Below, piece by piece: positions 27,067 through 36,846 of a stretch of 64,000 bases of DNA. This DNA is from Glycera tridactyla (lineage: Eukaryota), in NCBI GenBank assembly GCA_965644265.1, contig OZ286472.1, positions 11,284,001 to 11,348,000 of the forward strand, read 5' to 3'. Position numbers and translations under genes: made by a program. Under the pieces are notes generated by a model that saw only the letters and a program-made list of their open reading frames with translations, was not told the DNA's origin and made no database searches. Position 1 is the first letter of the stretch, and the number at the start of each line of letters is the position of its first letter.

Positions 27067-29398
27067 TATTAGGAACATCAACCAGTCATTTCAGCCTGAT
27101 CAGATAGAAACTTCTTTTTGTTTTGATATGATGGCGACTGTTCATGCCATTTCCAATGAAAATGTCTGATTCTTCATGATTATGATTTTCAGGATGGCGT
27201 CTCTAAGCACCTGCTGGCAGGGCATTCATGCGCATGCCGTGCGAACATGATGGGGGTGTTTGAAGGGCACTATACAGTAAAGGGTTAAAGATGATCAACT
27301 GCTGCAGAATAGTCAAAATAAGTGCTTGACTATCCAAATATCGGAGGATAGCGGATGCTTTATTTTGACATGTGTCAACAGAATCACAACAGAACTATGA
27401 CATTTGAGATTACAGTCAAATAAGTTCAGACATCAAATCTTGGTCAGTATTTGTCCATGACAGCTAGAAGATGACGAGATGCCAGATGAGGACGATGAAT
27501 CAAATTGCAATGGATTGGTAGGGCATGTCGTGATGGCATAGAGCGCAGGCTACTGGCCATCCCATCAGCTGACAAGATTGGCTAGCCGGCCACGTGCCAA
27601 AGGGCTGACCACTGTGCATCATGACAAATTGTCTCCTGGTACAAACAATCGCATTAAAGGCCGGTGTTATGCTGCTGGGAAACAAAACCCCATCATCTGG
27701 TCATCACCTCCAGTCCTGACCTTGAACATTGCACTCTGACCTCAGAGTATGGCAATCTGCGATAATTCTATACATTTCTATCATTGCATAGAAGATTGCC
27801 AGCACTACTGCCACTCTGTCATTGCAATCTGAAACTAGCTAACTGAGTCAGTTTATTGACTGTCAGAAAACTACACATTGTGAGAAGCTACAATTCTCTG
27901 AGTGAATCAAAGTGATTGTAGCACTTCATATGACCTAAAATACTTTTAAACTTTAGTTATATCGACCTCTGGCTCCCACCATGAAAGCCGTATACATATT
28001 AGTAATATAGTTGAGAGTCAATAAACTTTCCACGATGACGGTCCGATTGCAAACGACCACATATTATCCTGGTATTGGACCAAGGGTCACATTTGCCCAT
28101 CTTTCACTGAGCGAAAAACGAGCATCCTCCTTCCACAAGATGAGGCACGGACCAAATAACCCACTCCTGTGATAACGTCACAGGCAATGTCTCTCTTGTC
28201 ATACAGAGAAAAATCAATAAAACATGCACACCAACACACAAACCACATTCACACACACACATACCACAAACAGTTTCAAAGTCACCCCATAATTTTGGTA
28301 TAGATAAGGAGCAGTGACTCACCCTGATTGCTGGTTGCAGCTATGAAGGGTTTTTCCAACCCCACATCATTCAATGCCAGTTGGAATTTGATGAGTAATT
28401 TTCAATATAATTATTAGAATGTAACATCCATAATTTGGAAGAGCTTAGCAATGCTAGTTTCTGCAAATCTCATCAAAATTGATAAAATTATTGAAGTCAT
28501 CCTTGAACAAATGGTAAAAGTTGTTCTGAATTTTTGAATTAGAAGTGCCCAAAACCCTGATCATGTGTTTCACCGATGACATGCCCAACTCTTGTCTTGG
28601 TTGTTCCTGGTCGTGATGGCATCATCTCTGTGATGGACTCATCTTGTAACGTTATCTTTCATCATGAAAAGTTATCAAACTTGTTTTGTCAATAAACAAA
28701 CTGTCCACTGGAGGATAGTAACATTCTTCCTTCATGATTTTCAACCAAGAACAACCTCTGTATATCAACGATCTGTTCACAAAGACCACTATGTTTTACT
28801 GAAGACTAACCAAGTGTAACTCAACATCATTATGCCGATTGCTTGCCCAAATCCTTGTCCAAAACCGAGTCCAAAATGTATTGCAAATTCCCGGATTTTC
28901 AACATGGGCATCTGAGCAGCAGTGAAAAAGAAAAATGTGTGAGTTTGGATCACAAGCTGGTCCATCATGTACATGCNNNNNNNNNNNNNNNNNNNNNNNN
29001 NNNNNNNNNNNNNNNNNNNNNNNNNNNNNNNNNNNNNNNNNNNNNNNNNNNNNNNNNNNNNNNNNNNNNNNNNNNNNNNNNNNNNNNNNNNNNNNNNNNN
29101 NNNNNNNNNNNNNNNNNNNNNNNNNNNNNNNNGAATATCCTTCTACCCCGTCACAATATCATATATAAACTGGGATGAAAATCCCAAGAGTGGATTCCCA
29201 GAATGAGGGAGCATACACATATATGTATGTGAGTATATGAGTATCTTAACAAGAGGATTGAAGGGTCAAGGCAAATGAGGTCCATAAGAGCGCCATCTTT
29301 CAGATGCTATTCTTCGATTTGTGTCAGTTAGCCCATCGCAACTACATCGGGGATTCGATAATCCAAGTGAGAACACCGCGTGAAAGACAAGTGCATGC

Positions 29399-29417
29399 CA
29401 GCACCCTCTAGTGGCCA
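29399..29417 (-). promoter_or_regulatory. Candidate CTCF site (duplicated at 37958-37976)
   Basis: Minus strand TGGCCACTAGAGGGTGCTG versus consensus TGGCCACCAGGGGGCGCTA gives 15/19, with differences mostly at tolerated positions. Motif match only. Confidence 0.4.
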
Positions 29418-30297
29418 TACATTTCCCATCATGCACCTGAGCTCACCAGATTTGATTAGCTAACTTCTTTGTCATGCAGGATGGAAGAAGTAAAGCTGTT
29501 GATGAGAGAAGAAAAATGCAGCTTCTTCCTGCATATCTTCACGCAGTCTTCATCGCTTTGATCTCTCCGGCTTTAACCCAAAATTATCCAACATGAAAGG
29601 TCCGATTATGAAATCAGATATAAATGACAGGATAGATTCAACAAAAGCATTAAATTATCCTAGATAGACGCCAGTTTGGAAGTAAAATTTGACTCTGAAT
29701 ATATATGAAAACAGAATGCAAATTCAATAAGAAATGAAACAACTTTTTTCCAAAAAAGTGATAGTAGCCAATTTGCATGCAAACTATACATACAGAAATA
29801 ATTCACTCAGACACTATGTCTGCTCTACTGATTGTAACTTGATCATATATGATAAACATCACCTATATTCTTGCTGTAAGTCAGCATATGTCCACTGACT
29901 GAAAATTTCAACTGAAAATTCAATTGATGTGGAATCGAAGCAGATGCTCCTGGTTGCTACGGTTTCTCTATCACCATGGAAACTACCTGGGTTCACTCTG
30001 GTACAGACATACTTAACTTCTTGTGAGATCATCCATAAGGGATCAGCTTTTTATTCCTTAACCAATGTTCAGAATCTCAGTGGGATCAGTAATCGCATAA
30101 TTGCGTGTGAAGTGAAATCCCTCATCCATCCCTCTTCCCAAGCTTCCAGAATAACTCAGATATTTCGAATCTTTCTTATATGTTCTTCATCCTTTATATG
30201 ATTTTAAAACTCCATCTACACCAAGGTTAATCTGTCTGAATATGAATGTATTCCACACTTTTGGGGCGAATTCTTGATAATATGGATACAGCTGAGC

Positions 30298-30444
30298 CTG
30301 CTTGAAACCACCTGCAAACAATTGCGAAGTTCTCACAAAGGCAACCATGAGCAGTCACTCTGATAGTTTTTCAACAGTGAACAACTTTTGTTCAGCAGCA
30401 ACCTGTCTACAAAGACCACTCTTGATACGACTCAGGTTCAGCTG
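30298..30444. mobile_element. MITE family A-like remnant (duplicated at ~38857-39003)
   Basis: AACCTGTCTACAAAGACCAC and terminal CAGGTTCAGCTG-TA. Confidence 0.5.
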
Positions 30445-30800
30445 TAACTGAAAATGGGTATAATGAAATGTGCATGGTGATGAGTACATATCTCCCTCTC
30501 CTGATTAAGACAACCAATGAGTGAATATGTGAAGTGGGGTACAAGAGATCTAGAAGCCACCCAGGACTTCCGCTTAATTCATGGTGACTTGACAATGTCA
30601 AGTTGGCCCAAGCTTCAAGAGGCTGACCTTCCCGACTATATGCCCTAATGACACAAACTCATATTTTTCACACAAAAATTCACATGGAAACGTAATTGAG
30701 ATGAGAAGATACATAATTGATACTTCAGCCTGAGGATAGGTGATGGTGGATTTTCATATAGGTATTAAAAACACAGGTGGCTTCAATACAACAAGATTTC

Positions 30801-33800
30801 CTGTATATAATACCTGTGTTATCAGAAATGTTGAAATGATTTGTATTGTTTGTATTTGAAATTTGTCACCTTAGAGGTTTCTTTGGAATAGCGGGATCCT
30901 GTATACAACCGGAGAGATACTAAAAAGCTTGTTACATGCAATATCTGGCGTCCCACCGGAAACAGCATGCCCGCTTGATATGATTATGAATGGTGTCCTG
31001 TATTTATCATACTAACATAAATTTCATCCAAACCAACATTAGGTCCGATGACATGGATGTGATAACATATGAACATTGAGACTGACATGGGTACTATGAA
31101 GGAACATTTGAGAATATCGTATTGCTTGTCCCTTGCAACCCATCTTTTCTTTATTACTCCGAATTGTTTGGAGATTAACTTGCAATCGCTAAACCAGTCC
31201 ATATTGATAACTGATCAATTTTGTACATTGCTTCTAACCTAGTTAGCCTAAATTTATGTCATCATCTCATCATCACCCATCATTTAATGGTCTCGCAAAC
31301 CCAGTCCCAGGATGGACAAATCTGAGCTTTGATAACACACCCACTTCACGCGTTGTGCCGTTAGCAGTAAAAGGGGCCCCATTTTAACAGAAGAAACAAT
31401 ACAACAAGTCAACTGCTCTTCAGATTTAAATAGACTGAATGGAGTGAGCATGGCCTACCAAAATATACGCAGTGTAACACGCAAAATAGATGATATCAAG
31501 ATACTATTACAAAATAGCCAATTGGACATCCTATGCATGGGAGAAACATTCCTCAACAATAGCATCCCAGATTCAGAGTTATTAATTCCTGGGTATCATT
31601 TCACTCGCTCTGATAGAAGCAACGGCTCCTGTGCTAGAGGTGGGGGTGGTATCCTAATATACCATAAAGAGGATCGTCTTGTAGAATATCTCTCAAACCT
31701 CACTGTGTGTAATGCGGATATAGAGTGCGTTTGGATGAAATTACATTTGACACACACGAAACCAACATATATTGCGAGTGTCTATCGCCCTCCCAAAGGA
31801 AACACTAGAAATGCTTATGAGATACTTGAAAATAAGATTTTGGATTTAAAAAGTATTGGAAACTGTGACATAGTAGTACTAGGAGATCTGAATCAAGATG
31901 TCATTAAAAGAGGACCTAGTAAACAAGCAGTTAACGATTTTTGTGCAGTGTGTAATCTGTCCCAGCTAGTGAATGTTCCTACAAGGGTTACAGCAAGTAC
32001 ATCGACATGTATAGATCATATATATGTATCAGAACCAAACTTGTATAGGATGGCCGGGGCAGTTGACCTTGGACTCTCCGACCATTGTCTTGTATTTTCC
32101 ACTCGAAAAAAGGCCCGTATGTCCAAAAAAAAGAAATATATATACCTCAGGAATTTCAAAGCTGTAGACTACGAAAATCTTTCTGCAAAGTTATATGAAT
32201 TGATTGAAAGAGAGGGCTTTGATAATGAAACTATTGACAATCCTGATACTTTCACGGAAAAGTTCTTCAAGAGTGCTGGTGAGATCGTAAATAATGCAAT
32301 TCCGCTAAAAAGATACTGTGTACAGGAGGGATGCCCCGACTGGGTCACCGGAGATTTCCTTGAGATGGTGAGGGAGCGTGAGAACGCGAGTCACTTATAC
32401 AAGCTAAACCCCTCTCCAGTAAATCTAGAAGAGAAAAATAGACTTTTAAAATTATGCAAAAAGACCAAGATAACACTGCAGAAGGAATACCTTGAAAATC
32501 AACTAATATTAAATAAAGACAATAATCGTAAGACATGGAAAATTATTAGAGATTTTTGGAAAAATAATAGAGGCAACACACATATCAATAAAATTGAGAA
32601 CAAAACCGAACCAGTAGAGATTGCCAATGAACTAAACAGTTTCTTTGGTAGTATTGGTACAAACCTATCCAATCTCATACATGACATCTCTGGTGACCCG
32701 CTCGAGACATTCCCCTTTTCCTACCATGAATGTTTCTCGTTTGAAACAGTTACAATCAATGATGTCCAGGATGTAATATCGACAATATCAGTCAACAAAG
32801 CTGGAAGGGAAGATGGTATACCAGCTAGGGTCTTAGTAGAATGCAGAGCGGTATTGGCCCCCATCTTGAAAAACATTTTTAATTCATGTATATCAACAGG
32901 TGTCTTCCCTGGATGGTGGAAGACAGCGTCTATAGTTCCTTTGTTCAAAGATGGTGACCGCTGCAAAGCAAACAACTATCGGCCTATTAGCCTGTTATCA
33001 CCTTCTAGTAAAATACTAGAACGTCTACTACATCAGCAACTGTATGATTATGTAGAGCGCATGAGTCTACTGTGTCGGGAGCAGTCAGGATTCAGGAGGG
33101 GTCGTTCCACTGGCACATGTCTCTTAGAATACCTTGATAATATCTACCTGGGTATCGAGCGTGGAAGTGCCACTGGGACGATCTTCCTGGATCTAAAGAA
33201 GGCTTTCGACACGGTGGACCATGCGCTCCTGGTACGTAAATTGCAACTCTATGGCTTAAATGTATTATCTCTGTCGTTAATAGGTACCTACCTATCGAAC
33301 CGGTCATGTCAAACTAGAATTGGAACCGTATTATCTGATATCGAACGGGTCTCTTGTGGTGTTCCTCAGGGGTCTATACTTGGACCCTTGTTGTTTAGTT
33401 TGTACATAAATGACCTTCCATATTACCTGAGGGACACCACACTGGATATCGCAGAAACATCAATACGAGATCAAGACAGTGAATCTACACTACAAAGATC
33501 ACTGACTTTAGGAAATGAATCACCATTCCATACATCGCCTCCTAAGAAAATGCTCATATTTAGTAGACCATCTGACCTTAACTGCCAGTTATATGCAGAT
33601 GACATAGCGATAAGTATCACCACAGCTGACCCAATCTGCATGGAATTATCTCTCAACCTTATGATGAAGAAGGTGGCTTTATGGATGAAGCGCAACAAAT
33701 TGTCACTTAACTTATCGAAAACAAAACTCATGGTACTTGGTTTGCCATCCAGACTCCAGCTGTTCGACAAAGTCAAAGTTGATATAGACATGCATGAGCT

Positions 33801-34820
33801 TGAACGTGTTGAAAAAATGAGATACTTAGGGATAGTAGTTGACCCTCGTTTAACTTTCAAATACCATGTCCAGCACGTGAAAGCAAGCACTCTGAGTAAA
33901 ACTGGAGTACTGGGTCGCCTCTGTCCGATTTTGAATCAAGAACTTTCCTTGAAACTGTATAAAACCTTAATACTCCCCATATTCGATTATGGGGATGTAG
34001 TTTTCAACTGTTTAGCTCAACGAGACGCCTTCTCATTGCAGAAGGTACAAAATATTGCCATGAGATATATTTCAAAAAAGTCCAAGAGGTTTAGTATTGA
34101 CAAATTACATAATCAACTTGGCCTACAACCCTTGGCATCTAGAAGATCGGAACACGAGTTGATTCATGTTAATAATAGCTTAAATGGTCATTTCTCTTGT
34201 GAACCAATCTGTGAACTTGCTACCAGTACCCACCAACATGAAACACGCTCAAAAGGAAGACCATATTTAAAAATCGAAAGAATGCACTATTCCTTATGTG
34301 AGCGTAATTTCAGATATAGGGCAGCAAAGCGTTGGAATACTCTCGTAACCAACCGAGCTGATGCAGAGATCATGGAACACAAATCATTTAAGGCATTTAT
34401 GGAAGAACTTCGTTATTTGGAATGAAAAGGTCGATCCGTGATCAATGGGAGATGTTATTTAATTAGTACATATACTAAATTAAGTAGTTCAGTTTATTCT
34501 TGCCAACTGTCCATTCCGAATATTATGTATTGTGTATGTTAAGACCATATCGAGATCATTACGTATAGCAAGCATTAGACATTTTTATAATGCCAGTCGA
34601 AAAAATTTGTCTGGAAGACCAACCGTTTCATCTCACGTACCATCAATTCATTCATACTCTCATAGTCATTTATCACCACACTCATAATCATCTCATAATC
34701 ATATTTGATTGTATGTTAAACGTTTCGTCATCCTGAAAATGTGCATTGCATCATCTTGTATGTGCTTGTCTAATTGTCATGACAAATGTGAATAAAAGTT
34801 TCAAAAAAAAAAAAAAAAAA
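30801..34820 (+). mobile_element. Non-LTR retrotransposon LINE-A (CR1/L2 group, Crack/Daphne-like), apparently intact and very recent
   Basis: Boundaries are set by comparison with the empty site in the duplicate copy (39359/39363). About 640 nt precede the ORF, which is 993 codons of APE-RT. The 3'UTR has AATAAA at 34791 followed by an A-run at 34803-34820. No TSD. Clade assignment is from motifs only. Confidence 0.95.
31444..34425 (+). CDS. ORF2-type polyprotein: apurinic-like endonuclease + reverse transcriptase + C-terminal domain
   Basis: APE motifs YQNIRS, GETFL, VYRPP, GDLN, CIDHIY, SDH. RT motifs NYRPISLL, QSGFRRGRST, FLDLKKAFDTVDH, GVPQGSILGPLLF, YADD, NKLSLNLSKTK, YLG. No stops. 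The track start is GTG 31444; the first ATG is 31450, and the frame is open back to TGA-TAA at 31330-31335. Confidence 0.95.
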   Translation: MSMAYQNIRSVTRKIDDIKILLQNSQLDILCMGETFLNNSIPDSELLIPGYHFTRSDRSNGSCARGGGGILIYHKEDRLVEYLSNLTVCNADIECVWMKLHLTHTKPTYIASVYRPPKGNTRNAYEILENKILDLKSIGNCDIVVLGDLNQDVIKRGPSKQAVNDFCAVCNLSQLVNVPTRVTASTSTCIDHIYVSEPNLYRMAGAVDLGLSDHCLVFSTRKKARMSKKKKYIYLRNFKAVDYENLSAKLYELIEREGFDNETIDNPDTFTEKFFKSAGEIVNNAIPLKRYCVQEGCPDWVTGDFLEMVRERENASHLYKLNPSPVNLEEKNRLLKLCKKTKITLQKEYLENQLILNKDNNRKTWKIIRDFWKNNRGNTHINKIENKTEPVEIANELNSFFGSIGTNLSNLIHDISGDPLETFPFSYHECFSFETVTINDVQDVISTISVNKAGREDGIPARVLVECRAVLAPILKNIFNSCISTGVFPGWWKTASIVPLFKDGDRCKANNYRPISLLSPSSKILERLLHQQLYDYVERMSLLCREQSGFRRGRSTGTCLLEYLDNIYLGIERGSATGTIFLDLKKAFDTVDHALLVRKLQLYGLNVLSLSLIGTYLSNRSCQTRIGTVLSDIERVSCGVPQGSILGPLLFSLYINDLPYYLRDTTLDIAETSIRDQDSESTLQRSLTLGNESPFHTSPPKKMLIFSRPSDLNCQLYADDIAISITTADPICMELSLNLMMKKVALWMKRNKLSLNLSKTKLMVLGLPSRLQLFDKVKVDIDMHELERVEKMRYLGIVVDPRLTFKYHVQHVKASTLSKTGVLGRLCPILNQELSLKLYKTLILPIFDYGDVVFNCLAQRDAFSLQKVQNIAMRYISKKSKRFSIDKLHNQLGLQPLASRRSEHELIHVNNSLNGHFSCEPICELATSTHQHETRSKGRPYLKIERMHYSLCERNFRYRAAKRWNTLVTNRADAEIMEHKSFKAFMEELRYLE

Positions 34821-35429
34821 ACAAGGAGGACCTCGGTCACGTACGATCGCTATCCAATTTGAAGCATTCAGGAGTGAATCCATCAGGATTTTGACCCCAC
34901 TTAAATGATGATCCCAGTTTTAGAGCTCTCATGATCATTTACACTTGCTGAAATGGCAGCTGATGACCTTGTAATCAACAAAGGTTTAGAGTGAAGCCGC
35001 AAGATTTCATTCAAGCTTCATCCCCTCTATACAACCAAATATTCTCCATGATTATCCAATAGCCTGACATAACTTAATGATGAGTAACTCAAGTAAGAAA
35101 ATACTTATTTGGGAATACATTGGTTCGTCACACATGTTGTAATGGATGGCAGCAAGATCTCCCACCCTGTAAATGTGCCACTCATGACTGTTAAGCAGGC
35201 TTGCTATGACTGAATTTCTTCATGTTTGTTTATATCAAGAATACCTGATCTGATTTGAAACTTTATCACACGAGAAATGATGACAGTAGTCATATAAAAT
35301 GCTCATTTGGGCAAACAAGAGAACATCAAACAGAGAACAGGCCTGACAGTATTTCATAACTTGATGGTTCATGACTCGATTGAAGCATACTTCCACACGA
35401 CTTGCAGAAGATACTTTCACAGAAATATA

Positions 35430-35575
35430 GAGTCGAACCTCCTCTGAAGACCACCTCTCTATGAAGACCACCTCTCTATAAAGACCACCCTGAGCTGGGA
35501 CTGTGGTAGTATTGTCAATAGTAAATAACCTCTCTATAAAGACCACCTCCCTTAAAAGCCACTTTTCAATGAGAC
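35430..35575. mobile_element. MITE family A, one end missing (duplicated at ~39972-40117)
   Basis: TA-GAGTCGAACCT then AAGACCACCTCTCTAT repeats, aligning to the reverse complement of 60197-60374. Confidence 0.8.
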
Positions 35576-35592
35576 CAGAATATGTCCAATAT

Positions 35593-36075
35593 CAGGGCTT
35601 CATCTCGTCACTGCAGGAATGAAAGTCATCTTGCGGCAAAAAAACACACTGCAGAGATAAGAGTCACCCTGCGGGGGGGAACCCCCCCCTCCCCCCCCCC
35701 CCCCCCGACAAATTCATTATGATGGACTTGAGAATGGGCAGACACAGCTGCATCATGCTTGAGATAACAATGGCTGACTGTCCACCATGATTTTTAGAGA
35801 AAAAAAAAACCCAGACAGAAGACTTTGTCATCATTGTGTGCAAGAAATGTTGTGATGATGAATAGCACTTCTTGGCAGTATCACTTTCTAGTGCCTTAAC
35901 CAATGCTGTGAAAAATGCCATCATCTCATCATAATGCACTCATCCAAGGCATCTCAGATGAAAGCAACACACTCTTCCTTTTTTTCAAATATATGTAGAC
36001 CTTATTTTAGCAAGAACTCATCAAAGGTGAAACAGTTCACTGAATTAGTCGCAGTGGGAAGAGAATGTAGCCTTG
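35593..36075. mobile_element. Possible CAGGGCT-ended TIR element (duplicated at ~40135-40611)
   Basis: CAGGGCTTCATCTCGTCACTGC versus reverse-complemented CAAGGCTACATTCTCTTCCCACTGC, with an internal G/C homopolymer block. No TSD. Confidence 0.4.
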
Positions 36076-36846
36076 ATTTCCACGATTCCATTATCAAATA
36101 CCACAGAGTGAACAAATCCAACCACTCTCAAATCAGTTTTAGCTATATCAATGCTGTCAGGCCACACTCTCCAAAACCATGAGACATTCCAATACTGTGG
36201 GTTATTGAACACAATATCCAACAGGTCTATATTTCCCTGATTCAGCAGTATCTGTGGTATAATAGAGTGGGTACCATTGAATGTTAGCATCATATGCAGC
36301 ACTGGAAGGATTACAGAAATATTGAGAATTCACATGTGTACTCTTACATGTACAGGTCTGGCTACCTGCAATGAGTCCCCATGACAAGAGACCACCTATT
36401 TTGGAAGAGTGCTTTTTGGACATCCGTTTTCTATTCGACATTATGGTCGGTTGTCTGGTGAGAAACACTCAGGATATACTGAGATGCCTATAAACAATAA
36501 AGAAATGGATTCATTCAAAGATTTGGAGTTTCATATTGACTATGGGGTACTAAAATATCCCATACTGGAGGGCCATGATTCTTACCCCATCAATCATGGG
36601 ATGAACAATTGAATTTTGTGTTTGAATGATATTTGATGCTTGAATAAGAGCATATCAGTTTCATGAGCTGGGATATAGAGTGGGCTCAGAGCGTGCTGCG
36701 TTATTCGTTACCACGGTTATTGGTTAGGCTCAATCATTCAATGAATGCACGGTCATGATCATGTCATTTGTGTGCTGTTCATAGTAGTGGCCTCATCTAC
36801 ACTGGTGCTGAGTGGGGGTAGTGTGTGTGTGTTTGTTTGTGTGTGT

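Larger units (their letters stand above)
28303..36846. repeat. Tandem duplication copy 1 (~4.5 kb plus the 4.0-kb LINE-A insertion)
   Basis: Collinear with 36847-41372. Starts GATAAGGAGCAGTGACTCAC and ends in a (TG)n tract. Confidence 0.95.

Noticed and set aside
34774-34785. Perfect 12-bp palindrome TTGTCATGACAA near the LINE-A 3' end
   Set aside because: Palindromes of this size are common by chance in 64 kb; conservation data would be needed.
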